The notes under the pieces were generated by a model. That model was not told the DNA's origin. It saw nothing but the letters and a program-made list of their open reading frames with translations, and did not search any database. The position numbers were made by a program, and so were the translations under genes. Below are positions 1-10,285 of a stretch of DNA of 64,000 nt, piece after piece. Origin of the DNA: Candidatus Cloacimonadales bacterium (GTDB lineage: Bacteria; Cloacimonadota; Cloacimonadia; Cloacimonadales; JAFGVF01); NCBI GenBank assembly GCA_963667035.1, contig OY762964.1:2304001-2368000 (forward strand), read 5' to 3'. Each line of letters starts with the position of its first letter. Position 1 is the stretch's first letter.

Positions 1-16
1 CGGTTATGTCCAACAA

Positions 17-589
17 ATGAAGGTAGTAGATATCACTCGATTTTCTCCTAAAACAGGTGAAGTTATAGAAAAGATATCTGCAGCAAAAGCCTTATGGAAA
101 GAGGATCATTGGCTCTTCCTTGATTGTGATGTACGTGCATTCAGGGATAAAAAACCTGTTAGTTTTAATCATTATGAAATGACCAAACTAAACTTTGTTG
201 ATGTTACGCCTAAAGACTTTATTCAACGAACTTCTAAAACCCTTTCAATGAACTATAATGAGCTTCAAAAGTATATTGAAAGCAGAAAGAAGATTGGTGA
301 CGAATATGTAGAAGAATTAGTTGATCTCTACACAAAACTGACATATCCGCTTGCAAACTTTATAATACTTATGTTTTGTATACCGGCAGCTTCAACAAAT
401 TCCCGTAGTAAACAAAGAGGATGGGTATTCCTATTCGGTATTCTCGTCTGTTTAATCTATTTGAGTACATTGAGAGTCTGCCAAAGTTTGGGGTATAATG
501 AAGTTCTTGCACCATGGCTAGCTGCCTGGTTACCTAATATCATTTTTACGCTAGTAGGTTTATACTTCGTTAAAAAAGCTGAAATATAG
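17..589 (+). CDS. LptF/LptG-family LPS export permease, C-terminal part (probably begins upstream of the window)
   Basis: Periplasmic beta-jellyroll-like stretch followed by TM helices, ending in the typical 'LAPWLAAWLPNIIF' motif. The frame is open to the window edge. Confidence 0.85.
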   Translation: MKVVDITRFSPKTGEVIEKISAAKALWKEDHWLFLDCDVRAFRDKKPVSFNHYEMTKLNFVDVTPKDFIQRTSKTLSMNYNELQKYIESRKKIGDEYVEELVDLYTKLTYPLANFIILMFCIPAASTNSRSKQRGWVFLFGILVCLIYLSTLRVCQSLGYNEVLAPWLAAWLPNIIFTLVGLYFVKKAEI

Positions 590-622
590 TCACGCCTTCC
601 CAATTAATAAACAAGATTTCTT

Positions 623-668
623 TCGGTAGTAATGCTACTTATAAGTGTTACTACCGTTTCTTTTTCTC
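623..668 (+). terminator. Intrinsic terminator
   Basis: cggtagtaat...gttactaccg hairpin followed by a T-rich run. Confidence 0.6.
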
Positions 669-838
669 TCTTTACACGTCATTTTCGAAGTATTCTATCT
701 GCTAATTCATTATAAGATTGCATTTATGAACTAATATAGTAAACATAATAGTCATCAATTAATTAAAATACATTAATATTGTATTTGACAAATATGTATA
801 TGAGTTCATATTTATCTCCAAACAATTAGGAGGTTTCT

Positions 839-2872
839 ATGAAGTCATTAACAATGTTTCTATCATTAATTGCCTTAGTAATGTTAGTCTCATGTTCTAA
901 ACAAAGAGAAGGCATTTTTTCTCTACGGGATACTAGTGATAGCAAAAACTTAAAAATTACAAAAAGTACAATAATCACTAATTCTCAGCAAGGTTATAAC
1001 ACATTAATGTTTAATAGTGCTGATATTAGTTATTCAGGTAACTCAATACTATTTATCAAGTCTCTTTTAACTAATTCAAATTACAATGTTATAGCATTAA
1101 CATACAATGGTACTATAGCACTAGGAAATGATTACCTAGAAATTCCGGAAGGTAAAACTTTGGTAGGAAATCGTAGTACAACACTTTCATTCAATATTGC
1201 ATCCAGTGCAGCCATTAGATTAAACAATAACTCAAGATTATCAGGATTTAACCTCATTAATATTAATAATACAAATGAATCTGTAGGAGTTACACTTGAT
1301 AGTTGGAGTACTACTATATATTCATATATTGAATATTGTAGTGTGTTGAATTTCAGACACACAGGAATGGGAATTCAAAACGGTTCGATTCACCATTGCT
1401 ATTGTGATGGAGCAAACCAATACGGATACGGGTATTCTATATTAGTAGGTAATATGAACCCAACTAATGAGAATATTGCTCTAATATACAATAACTACTT
1501 TGATGATTTTCGACATGCAATAGCTTCAAATGGGAGAAATCAATGTTCATATAATGTCTATAACAATGTGTTCGGACCTACTAAATTAAGTCATGCTGTT
1601 GATATGCATGGAGAGTATCATCACATACTGAACTCTACGGCTATTTATGCAGGAGGGACAATGGATATTCATAACAATTACTTCGAATATTCTAGTAACT
1701 ACTCCCATGTAAACATAAGAGTTAGAGGACTACCTCACAATTATTGTAGAATACACAGTAATGTGTTTGAGATGCCAAGTGTTTATGATTCTAAGTTTGT
1801 ATTCAGACAGAGTTATGACTACAATGCTACTTACAATCATGATTGGTTAAATGCCAGACCTCCCTTTGGTAATGTTATGCTAGAAAATAATACTTACGCA
1901 AACGGAGTAAATTCTGACTTTGTATATGTACTTTGGCAATCTAACAATGATAACACTCCAATGCCTATTGCTAATATCTGGAATGACAGATCATTCTCAA
2001 ATATCGAATTTCAGAGATTTCTAGAAGATAGTGCAGTTATGTTAGATGCAGATGGCACAAATTGGGAAACACTTACCTTTGAAAGAGATATATCAGGTTG
2101 TATGATGGGAAATAGGTCAGATAACTATAACTGGTATAATTCAAAAAATACAAATCTTTCAAGACAATCTTTAAAGTATGGATATATAAATAGTGACGAG
2201 CAGATGGATGTCATTGTTATAAACTATAACAATGTTTATGTTTCTTATGCCAATACTTCTACAGTAACATGGAATGGAAGATCTATACCATATCCGACAT
2301 TCAGCTCTTTGTATTATTGTATTGAAGGAAATTCAATGAACATTAATTCTATAGATGATATTGCAATTTCGGATTTTAACGGAGATGGATTATCAGACCT
2401 TTTTACTCAAGATAATGGAAGTTGGTATGTAGCTTTGAACAATAACGGGAGCTTTAGTAACTGGTCTTGGTTTGGAGGTTCAGGAATTGATGTCTCAAAT
2501 CTAGGATTTGGAGACTTTAATGGGGATGGAGCTACTGATATTCTATCTCAATGGAATGACAAATGGCATGTTTCATTGACTAACATGAATACTGTGAGGT
2601 CAACCGGGTGGTATGATTTCGGATTATCTGGTATCACTCCTGCAAATCTGGTTTTTGGAGATGTTAATCATGATGGAAGAGATGATATTATTAGAACTGA
2701 TGGTAGTTATGTCTATACCTCAAATACTAACAGTAATAATCCACCATATTCAACAGCTTGGAATCAGTTATATTCAGGAGATATAAATGAAATTAATAAT
2801 ATTAATAAAGTTCAAGTAATTGATCTTGATGGTAATGGAAACGATGATATTTTGATATACCAAGTCAACTAG
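839..2872 (+). CDS. Lipoprotein with right-handed beta-helix and C-terminal FG-GAP/VCBS repeats
   Basis: Lipobox-like 'LVMLVSC'; Asn-rich beta-helix repeats; repeated 'DFNGDG..D', 'GDVNHDGRDDI', 'DLDGNGNDDI'; strong SD AGGAGG. Confidence 0.7.
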   Translation: MKSLTMFLSLIALVMLVSCSKQREGIFSLRDTSDSKNLKITKSTIITNSQQGYNTLMFNSADISYSGNSILFIKSLLTNSNYNVIALTYNGTIALGNDYLEIPEGKTLVGNRSTTLSFNIASSAAIRLNNNSRLSGFNLININNTNESVGVTLDSWSTTIYSYIEYCSVLNFRHTGMGIQNGSIHHCYCDGANQYGYGYSILVGNMNPTNENIALIYNNYFDDFRHAIASNGRNQCSYNVYNNVFGPTKLSHAVDMHGEYHHILNSTAIYAGGTMDIHNNYFEYSSNYSHVNIRVRGLPHNYCRIHSNVFEMPSVYDSKFVFRQSYDYNATYNHDWLNARPPFGNVMLENNTYANGVNSDFVYVLWQSNNDNTPMPIANIWNDRSFSNIEFQRFLEDSAVMLDADGTNWETLTFERDISGCMMGNRSDNYNWYNSKNTNLSRQSLKYGYINSDEQMDVIVINYNNVYVSYANTSTVTWNGRSIPYPTFSSLYYCIEGNSMNINSIDDIAISDFNGDGLSDLFTQDNGSWYVALNNNGSFSNWSWFGGSGIDVSNLGFGDFNGDGATDILSQWNDKWHVSLTNMNTVRSTGWYDFGLSGITPANLVFGDVNHDGRDDIIRTDGSYVYTSNTNSNNPPYSTAWNQLYSGDINEINNINKVQVIDLDGNGNDDILIYQVN

Positions 2873-2888
2873 ATAAAGTAATGAATTG

Positions 2889-2918
2889 AAAAACCTTAGC
2901 AATAGCTGAGGTTTTTTC
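2889..2918 (+). terminator. Intrinsic terminator
   Basis: aaaaaccttagc-aata-gctgaggtttttt. Confidence 0.7.
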
Positions 2919-2979
2919 TTGCCAATTAAATATATTTGATAATGATATGGTTATTTTGAGGGATAAAAGGAGAAAGAAA

Positions 2980-3678
2980 ATGAATCCACTATCAAAACGT
3001 CTCGGAGCAGAGTTTATCGGGACATTCTGGCTAGTTTTCGGTGGTTGTGGTAGTGCTGTTCTGGCAGCTGCATTCCCTTCATTGGGTATAGGCTTTGTCG
3101 GAGTTTCATTAGCATTCGGTCTAACAGTTTTAACTATGGCTTATGCAATAGGACATATCTCAGGTTGTCATCTTAATCCTGCAGTATCTTTTGGATTATG
3201 GGCAGGAGGTAGATTCTCAATCAAAGAATTGATTCCTTATATTATTGCTCAGGTTGTAGGGGCTATTGCTGCAGGAGGAGTATTATATCTTATAGCATCC
3301 GGTAAACCCGGCTTTGAAATAGGAGGTTTTGCTTCAAACGGTTTCGGTAAGCTTTCTCCAGGTGGATATAGTATGATTTCAGCACTATTAATCGAGATTG
3401 TTCTAACAGCTTTCTTTCTGATTATAATTATGGGTGCAACTTCTAAACGTGCACCGGTTGGTTTTGCTCCTATTGCCATAGGCTTGGGATTAACACTAAT
3501 CCATCTGATTAGCATTCCCGTTACAAATACATCCGTTAATCCTGCAAGAAGTACAGGAGTTGCTCTGTTTGCAGGTGGCGAATATATTGGTCAGCTTTGG
3601 TTATTTTGGATTGCTCCGATAGTTGGTGGAATTCTTGGTGGTATAATATATAAGCTAATTGGCAATAAAGCAGATTAA
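2980..3678 (+). CDS. aqpZ: Aquaporin Z
   Basis: Two NPA motifs (HLNPAV, SVNPARS) and typical AqpZ sequence; start moved to ATG 2980 behind SD AGGAG. Confidence 0.95.
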   Translation: MNPLSKRLGAEFIGTFWLVFGGCGSAVLAAAFPSLGIGFVGVSLAFGLTVLTMAYAIGHISGCHLNPAVSFGLWAGGRFSIKELIPYIIAQVVGAIAAGGVLYLIASGKPGFEIGGFASNGFGKLSPGGYSMISALLIEIVLTAFFLIIIMGATSKRAPVGFAPIAIGLGLTLIHLISIPVTNTSVNPARSTGVALFAGGEYIGQLWLFWIAPIVGGILGGIIYKLIGNKAD

Positions 3679-3684
3679 ATAACA

Positions 3685-3702
3685 AGGGCTCAAAAGAGCC
3701 CT
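3685..3702. terminator. Hairpin between convergent genes
   Basis: agggctc-aaaa-gagccct. Confidence 0.55.
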
Positions 3703-3718
3703 AATTTATATCTATTAA

Positions 3719-5182
3719 TTATTTATCTTTTCTTACAGCATCATAGATTGTAACTGCAGGATAATACATACCTGTCTTTGATAGTAACTGTTGTGAGAGA
3801 TTCTTACCGGGATTAATTGGAATCTCTAATAGTTCCGGTTTATTATAATTAACAACTTCTCTCATCAATCTAGGATTAAATGGTGTTCGGTTCTTAGCTG
3901 GAACTGAGTTGCAAATTATGAAAAGTTCTCTACTGTTATAAGGAACTACTGTATCGACAACATGATCAAAAGTTCTTATGCTTTTTGCCTTTGACACACA
4001 ATAATACAGGTCGCTATAGAGTTTATCAATATAGTATATTCCTATTTCTTTACATAGTTTCAGATTGTTATCAAGCCATTTTTCAACTTCTTTGTTAACA
4101 TATGCAGAGTTTGGGAAACCAAGTATACCTGATATAGCTTTAACAGTATTAACTCTCATTCCGCGACGGTGGCGTCCTCTAAGCTCCTCTCCTGTAATAC
4201 CGCTTATATCTACTTTACCTGACATTCCTGATTTTCTTATTGCTTCCAATATTCTAAGATCATTCTCCATGGGTGAATCTATATTCTTTTCAACGGAATC
4301 TACGAAATCTTCATCAAGGAGATCTCTCTGACAGTTTATTGTTCTATGAGGTAGATTCATGATTCCACACAACTCTTTGCTAATGGTAGTTTCATCTTCA
4401 CCATGAGAATATCTTAAAGTGTAGCAATTCAAATCACTATTGCTATCAACAGAGCTTAACAGGATTCTGCTATCCCATCCTGCTGTCACTCCTAAAATTA
4501 CATCATTTCTATTTCGACAAGCTCTAATATAATCCTTAAGCATTTGTGATACAACAGGAACTGCTTCCGCTAATTCTAGTGGTTGTAGTTTCTTATTAGG
4601 GAAAAAGCGAATCTCGACTCGCTTTTTAACATCAAGATAGTGATTAGTTGATAATCTGAATAAATGCCTCCATCCAGTATTCATACCCGGACAGCAGCCT
4701 TCTCTCTTTCCTCTTCCTGTTGTGACAGCTTCTCTGTAAGAAGGATTCACGCATGGAGTAAGGTTGAAAAATACCTTTCCCAGTTGAGGGTCCGAAACTA
4801 TATTGATGCTATCACCGTTATAATTGTAAAAAACTGATTTTAAAGCATGCAAATCATTAAATATCTTAATATCATCACCATTCCTCCAGACAACAACGTA
4901 TACACCTGCAGTAGGATAAGTGTTAACAATGAAGTCATCTACAGAGGATGAATTTAGGTACTTCTCAATAATCTCCAAATTTGAGAATTCAGGATTATTA
5001 TAGTCATACCAATCTCCTAATAGTAAGACTTCCTGATTACCTTTAGAAAATTTGGTAACATGAAGGTCGCGACCGGATAGCACTCTTAGAGCTCCGATTT
5101 GCTCCTCGCAAAAGCTTTCGGGAAAACTCATTTTACCGGTTGTAAGTATAAACTGCTTTTCGTAAACAACATTGGAATTCAT
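3719..5182 (-). CDS. Asparagine-synthetase-like (PP-loop ATPase) protein
   Basis: 'GVTAGWDSR' PP-loop; degenerate Ntn-like N-terminus without the catalytic Cys; start moved to ATG 5182 behind GGAGGAG. Confidence 0.65.
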   Translation of the reverse strand: MNSNVVYEKQFILTTGKMSFPESFCEEQIGALRVLSGRDLHVTKFSKGNQEVLLLGDWYDYNNPEFSNLEIIEKYLNSSSVDDFIVNTYPTAGVYVVVWRNGDDIKIFNDLHALKSVFYNYNGDSINIVSDPQLGKVFFNLTPCVNPSYREAVTTGRGKREGCCPGMNTGWRHLFRLSTNHYLDVKKRVEIRFFPNKKLQPLELAEAVPVVSQMLKDYIRACRNRNDVILGVTAGWDSRILLSSVDSNSDLNCYTLRYSHGEDETTISKELCGIMNLPHRTINCQRDLLDEDFVDSVEKNIDSPMENDLRILEAIRKSGMSGKVDISGITGEELRGRHRRGMRVNTVKAISGILGFPNSAYVNKEVEKWLDNNLKLCKEIGIYYIDKLYSDLYYCVSKAKSIRTFDHVVDTVVPYNSRELFIICNSVPAKNRTPFNPRLMREVVNYNKPELLEIPINPGKNLSQQLLSKTGMYYPAVTIYDAVRKDK

Positions 5183-5659
5183 TATAACTCCTCCCAATTC
5201 TTTCCTGATTCTACAACTAACTACAAGTTTTTCTCCGTTAACTGAGTACTACTTGTGCAAAATGCGTTCCGAAATCAGTTAAACTTATAATGCTATCAAC
5301 AATTAAAATACAATAATTATTCTCATATAAAACAACTATCTTTAATGTATATAACCTATATGTTAATAACATCTATACGCTCTACATAGTTAATTTTAAC
5401 CTTTATATCCTAACACAACTTCGACATAATATTTCTTATAAGCGTAGAGATTATGTCAATTAAATTTTTATTATCTTAGTATTTAATATTTCTTATATTG
5501 GATATCTACTTTTAGTGAAGTACCTAGTTCGAAAAGCCAAAAAGAAACAATATAATGGTAATACTAATCAGAATCATTACTGAAACAGTAATTATTAGAA
5601 AAAGCTTTACTTCTCAAACCAAACAAAAATAATTAGTCAAATAACTAATTTGGGGTAAT

Positions 5660-7546
5660 ATGAAAAAAGCAGTAGTAGTTTTGGGGTTATTACTGATTAT
5701 TATTTCTTTATTCTGTTTGAATAAAGCTGGAGAAAGAGAGGCAATTTTACACATTGTTGACAATCCAGATTATCAATCGAAACTCTTAGACATGCTTGAC
5801 CAAGCTAATCCTAAAGATTATATATATTTTGAGCAAGTTGACAAGCTTATTCCTGAAGCAATAAAGAAGCATGATTATCCAACAGCTTTAAGCCTTCATT
5901 TAATAACATTTGCACATCATTTGGATCATGACCCGCCGACTGTTGTAGATAGCTTGGCAAAGAGTATAATAAAGTTATATGAAACAAGCAATTCAGAATG
6001 GAAAGAGTTTGAGAAGATAGGCAAAATGGGGCAAGTGTATCATAGTCTTGAGATGATTGATAAGGCTTATGAGAACTATTTAAAATCAATCAGATTTTTT
6101 GACGATAAAAAGGACTCAAAAGATTTACTCTATACTACTTTTTCGAAAGCCGGATATCTAGCAAGATTGTTAGGAGATGTAGAAAGTGCAGAAAACCTCT
6201 CCAGAAGAGCTATAGAACTGATAAAAGAATCAGGTAATGATGCTCGTTTAGGTTATGAGTATAACAATCTGGGAAATGTTTATTTAGATCAGAAAGACTT
6301 GGATAAAGCATTAGAGTATTATCAGCGTTCTCTGAAGTATAAGATTAAAACTGGTGAAAAGCAAAAGATTGGAGCTGCATATAACAATATTGCACTCATT
6401 CAGTATGAAAGAGGGGATATTAAAGGATGTCTGGATAATCTTAAACTGGCTGTCTCATACTATGAGTTAACTGAAAATGAAAAAGAAGCACTAATTACAA
6501 CTTATCAAAATATTTGCCAAGTATATCATGAAATCGGAGATAATGAGAAGTCTATATATTATGGACGTTTAGCTATTAATACAGCTCAAGAGAGTAATTT
6601 ACCGATAATTGAGTCTTGGTCTGTTTATACACTCGAAGAGGTTTATAGAAATATTGAAGATTATAAGCAAGCTTATAATCTTTCATTAAGACATAGAGCT
6701 TTGAAAGATTCTTTGTTTAAAGCAGAGATGACTAAAAATATTGCTGAAATGAAAGCTGAATTTGATTTGTTTGAATCGGAGAAGAAGCAAGAACTTCAAG
6801 CAGTCCGTATTAGAAGGCAATATATTATTATTATCGGAGCTTTAATAATTGTTATAGGATTAGTAATAATTGTATCTCAAGGGATAAGAAACTCTAAAAA
6901 CCAGAAGAAGAACATGTTTGCTTTACAGAAAGAGCAGGAACGCTCTGAGAAGCTATTAGCAAACGTTCTACCCGGAGATATTATAGAAGAGATAAAAGCC
7001 CAAGGAAAGTCTCATCCACGCCTTTTTCATAATGTAGCTGTACTTAACATTGATATTGTTGATTTTACTAAATTAGCTGACACTACCAATCCTGATGTTC
7101 TTTTCAGTAAGATAAACTCGGTGTTTACAAGTTTTGACGATATAATTAGTAAGAACCAATGTCAAAGGATTAAAACTTCAGGAGATGCTTATCTTGCAGT
7201 TTCAGGGATGTTCAATAAGACTTGTAACTTTAGACAGAACATTCTTAATGCAACAATAGAGATTATGAAGCATGTCGAATGTAATTATCCGGATTTAAAA
7301 CTTAGAGCCGGTATCTCATGTGGGAACGTCGTCGGTGCAGTTGTAGGGAGTAAAAACTTTATATATGATATTTTTGGTGCAACTGTCAATACAGCTTTCA
7401 GATTACAGGAAGGAGCTGAACCTGGCTCAATTCTTGTCGACGAAATTGTCTCTGAAGTTGCCGACTCAAACGAATTCTTACTTCTTGATAAAGAATTAGT
7501 TATAAAAGATAAACAATACAAGGCTAAGTACATAACAGTAAAATAA
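5660..7546 (+). CDS. Membrane TPR-repeat class III adenylate/guanylate cyclase
   Basis: Signal/TM, TPRs ('YNNLGNVY', 'AYNNIALI'), TM, 'SEKLLANVLP' helix, and cyclase motifs 'DIVDFT', 'KTSGDAY', 'YDIFGATVNTAFRL' (K/D pattern suggests ATP specificity). Confidence 0.88.
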   Translation: MKKAVVVLGLLLIIISLFCLNKAGEREAILHIVDNPDYQSKLLDMLDQANPKDYIYFEQVDKLIPEAIKKHDYPTALSLHLITFAHHLDHDPPTVVDSLAKSIIKLYETSNSEWKEFEKIGKMGQVYHSLEMIDKAYENYLKSIRFFDDKKDSKDLLYTTFSKAGYLARLLGDVESAENLSRRAIELIKESGNDARLGYEYNNLGNVYLDQKDLDKALEYYQRSLKYKIKTGEKQKIGAAYNNIALIQYERGDIKGCLDNLKLAVSYYELTENEKEALITTYQNICQVYHEIGDNEKSIYYGRLAINTAQESNLPIIESWSVYTLEEVYRNIEDYKQAYNLSLRHRALKDSLFKAEMTKNIAEMKAEFDLFESEKKQELQAVRIRRQYIIIIGALIIVIGLVIIVSQGIRNSKNQKKNMFALQKEQERSEKLLANVLPGDIIEEIKAQGKSHPRLFHNVAVLNIDIVDFTKLADTTNPDVLFSKINSVFTSFDDIISKNQCQRIKTSGDAYLAVSGMFNKTCNFRQNILNATIEIMKHVECNYPDLKLRAGISCGNVVGAVVGSKNFIYDIFGATVNTAFRLQEGAEPGSILVDEIVSEVADSNEFLLLDKELVIKDKQYKAKYITVK

Positions 7547-7672
7547 GTTTGACAATAACTTCATTTCCTTCTTAAATTGTGAATGAAATTTTTGATTTTT
7601 CTTTGGCATTCTGCTTATCATGCTTAGTATATTGATATAATTAAGGCATGAAAATTAGAAAAGGAGTTATTT

Positions 7673-8047
7673 ATGGAAAGCAAACAAATTTATTACTGTT
7701 CAATATGTGGAAACGTTATCGAAGTACTGCATCCGGGTGCTCCTGCCCTCGTATGTTGTGGTCAGGATATGGAGTTGTTAGAAGAAAAAACTGCTGATTT
7801 TGTTAATGAAAAGCATGTGCCAATTGTTGAAGAAGCAGATGGAGGGGTTCTTGTTAAAGTCGGTTCAACCAAGCATCCTATGTTAGAAAATCACTATATT
7901 GCATTCATAGAAGTTGTAACTGAAAAGCATGTAATGAGAGTTGAATTGAAACCGGGAGATGAACCTGAAGCATTCTTCCCAGTAAAGAAAGAAGATGTTC
8001 TTTATGCCAGAGAATGGTGTAATGTTCATGGACTTTGGAAAGGATAA
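7673..8047 (+). CDS. dfx: Desulfoferrodoxin (superoxide reductase)
   Basis: CxxC...CC desulforedoxin domain, EKHVP, HPM...HYI, CNVHGLW. Confidence 0.95.
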   Translation: MESKQIYYCSICGNVIEVLHPGAPALVCCGQDMELLEEKTADFVNEKHVPIVEEADGGVLVKVGSTKHPMLENHYIAFIEVVTEKHVMRVELKPGDEPEAFFPVKKEDVLYAREWCNVHGLWKG

Positions 8048-8052
8048 TAGAA

Positions 8053-8235
8053 ATGCCCGATATCAAGGACAAAATTCTCAATATATTTAAGCAATCCTCT
8101 GAGCCAATGAAAGCTGGAGAAGTAGCAAAAAAAGGGAATCTTGACTCTAAAGAAGTTTCTAAAGAGATTACCAAGCTAAAAAACGAGGGATTATTAGAGT
8201 CCCCGAAAAGATGTTATTACCAAGTTAAAGAATAA
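8053..8235 (+). CDS. Small winged-HTH protein
   Basis: 'PMKAGEVA...SKEVSKEITKLKNEGLLESPKRCYY'; lies within the dfx-rbr operon. Confidence 0.75.
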   Translation: MPDIKDKILNIFKQSSEPMKAGEVAKKGNLDSKEVSKEITKLKNEGLLESPKRCYYQVKE

Positions 8236-8248
8236 GTAAGGAGATATA

Positions 8249-8827
8249 ATGAAAGGCACTAAAACCGCAGAAAATCTTATGAAATCTTTTGCCGGTGAAT
8301 CACAGGCAAGAATGCGTTATCAATATGCTGCAAAAACAGCTAAGAAAGAAGGATACGAAGAGATATCAGCTATCTTCATGGAAACTGCTGAGAATGAAAA
8401 AGAGCACGCAAAAGTATTCTTGAAATTATTACTTGATCACGGTATGGAAGGTGAAGCTATAGACATTAATGCTACATTTCCTGCAGCTTGGTCAAAAACT
8501 GATACTTTAACAAATCTTGAATATGCTGCTAATGGTGAAAATGAAGAATGGACAGAATTGTATCCTGAGTTTGCCAGAGTTGCAGAAGAAGAAGGTTTCA
8601 AAGATGTGGCAAGAGCCTTTAAAATGGTTTCGTTAGTAGAAAAAGAGCATGAAGCTCGCTATCTTAGACTTCATAAGTTTGTTAAAGAACATGAAGTATT
8701 CAAACGTGAAGGTAAAGTATTCTGGAAATGCCGTAATTGCGGTTATATTACAGAAGCTATGGAAGCTCCAACAGTATGTCCTGTTTGTAGCCACCCTCAA
8801 GCTTATTTTGAAGTAACATACAAATAA
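8249..8827 (+). CDS. rbr: Rubrerythrin
   Basis: 'FAGESQA', two ExxH di-iron motifs, C-terminal CRNC...CPVC rubredoxin domain. Confidence 0.95.
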   Translation: MKGTKTAENLMKSFAGESQARMRYQYAAKTAKKEGYEEISAIFMETAENEKEHAKVFLKLLLDHGMEGEAIDINATFPAAWSKTDTLTNLEYAANGENEEWTELYPEFARVAEEEGFKDVARAFKMVSLVEKEHEARYLRLHKFVKEHEVFKREGKVFWKCRNCGYITEAMEAPTVCPVCSHPQAYFEVTYK

Positions 8828-8846
8828 CAATAATCTAGGAGGAAAC

Positions 8847-8987
8847 ATGCAAAAATATCAATGTCTCGCCTGCGGATATATATATGATCCGGCTGAAAAT
8901 GATAATGTATCTTTCGAAGACTTACCGGAAGATTGGGTTTGCCCTGATTGCGGAGTCGGAAAAGATATGTTTGAACCGGTTGACTAA
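8847..8987 (+). CDS. Rubredoxin (46 aa; absent from the ORF track)
   Basis: [54 protein letters not shown]. Confidence 0.95.
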   Translation: MQKYQCLACGYIYDPAENDNVSFEDLPEDWVCPDCGVGKDMFEPVD

Positions 8988-8997
8988 ACTATAATCA

Positions 8998-9027
8998 ATG
9001 GGCTGTATAAAAGTACAGCCCATTTTT
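8998..9027 (+). terminator. Intrinsic terminator
   Basis: atgggctgta-taaaag-tacagcccat-tttt. Confidence 0.8.
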
Positions 9028-9049
9028 CTAACTTAATTAAGGAGGAAAC

Positions 9050-9496
9050 ATGCAAAACAATTCAGATGTATTTGATATAATGATTGAAAAAGAGAAGGAA
9101 GCTGTAGACTTTTATACACAAATGATGAATGAAGCCAAATTTGATGCTTTCAAAGATACAATTAGGGACTTTATCAAAATGGAAGAGAATCATGTAAAGA
9201 TTATTGAAGATTTCAAAAATAATGGCTTTAAAAATAGAAATGTAAAGGATTTTTCATCTCTTGGATTAAGCTCTGAAACAGATGAAGTAGAACCTATTGA
9301 TGCTTCTTCTTACGAGTCAATATTGCATCAGGCAATCCAAAGAGAGGAAGCCGCTTATCAGCTTTACACTCAATTAATGAATGATATGAAAGGAACTGAA
9401 TACGAAGAGATATTCGCAACTATGGCTAAAGAAGAGAAGAGCCATAAGTTCTATTTCGAAAAATTATATGATGAACAAATTTTGAAGGATAACTAA
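9050..9496 (+). CDS. Ferritin-like (rubrerythrin-family) di-iron protein
   Basis: Two repeats of 'E..A..FY/LY...E..H'. Confidence 0.85.
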   Translation: MQNNSDVFDIMIEKEKEAVDFYTQMMNEAKFDAFKDTIRDFIKMEENHVKIIEDFKNNGFKNRNVKDFSSLGLSSETDEVEPIDASSYESILHQAIQREEAAYQLYTQLMNDMKGTEYEEIFATMAKEEKSHKFYFEKLYDEQILKDN

Positions 9497-9506
9497 TATT
9501 GTTCTT

Positions 9507-9531
9507 GGGCTTCTCAAATGAGAAGCCTTTT
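9507..9531. terminator. Terminator between convergent genes
   Basis: ggcttctca-aa-tgagaagcc-tttt. Confidence 0.65.
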
Positions 9532-9533
9532 CC

Positions 9534-9974
9534 TTATAGAATATTGAAGGGATTCTCTGCCCCTGTTTGTAGGTGAGTAGTTGCTTTGGAGACTCCTTCT
9601 CTATTGATTCTAAAAGCTCTTTCATTCTCATTAAAACCGCATTTCTTATAGAAATTCTGATTCCCTTCAGTTGAAGTTAAGTAAAAGTATGTGCCTTGAA
9701 ATTCATCTTTAATTAGTTCCAGCATTGCTCTTCCAATACCTTTTTTTTGATACTTCGGAGAAACTATAACATCAAAGATATTAGTGTAATAGTATCTATC
9801 TGATATTGCTCTTGCAAATCCAATCAACTTATTACCATCACGTGCCACTACATAATATGAGTTATCAAATGCCTGCACTATATCAATGGGAGATTTTCTC
9901 CATCCGACTGAATCGAACAATTCTATAACTTCTTTACTGTTTATGGGACTATTTATTGAATAAGTAATTATCAT
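9534..9974 (-). CDS. GNAT-family N-acetyltransferase
   Basis: 'VIVSPKYQKKGIG' acetyl-CoA motif and 'FYKKCGF'; start moved to ATG 9974 behind GGAGG. Confidence 0.88.
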   Translation of the reverse strand: MIITYSINSPINSKEVIELFDSVGWRKSPIDIVQAFDNSYYVVARDGNKLIGFARAISDRYYYTNIFDVIVSPKYQKKGIGRAMLELIKDEFQGTYFYLTSTEGNQNFYKKCGFNENERAFRINREGVSKATTHLQTGAENPFNIL

Positions 9975-10285
9975 TATTCCTCCACATCTTTTGAAAAGAA
10001 TAGTACCATTTACTCCGATATCCGTCAAGAAACCTTTTTAGTACTTAGAACTAACTTCGATTAATTAAACTTTATAATATTAAAATCCTATTGCCTTCTA
10101 AACATGCTTAATGACACATATCTTCCCCCACTTATACTACGTGTAATCAGCGTACTAACAACGCGATCGTGGCTTGCCCCTGAGAATACAACTACTGCTT
10201 ACCAATAATAAAGTAATAAAAATCATTCAATTTAAAAGAAAGATTGACATTTCTATATTCTCAATAATCTAAAGTTGAGGTTATT

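Noticed and set aside
7603..7625. Sigma54 -24/-12 promoter upstream of dfx
   Set aside because: TGGCA is present but there is no GC at the required -12 spacing.
10110..10200. Possible third 11-bp phased array (cg at 10140, 10151, 10162)
   Set aside because: Only a dinucleotide is in phase and there is no inverted symmetry; cannot be told from chance by eye.
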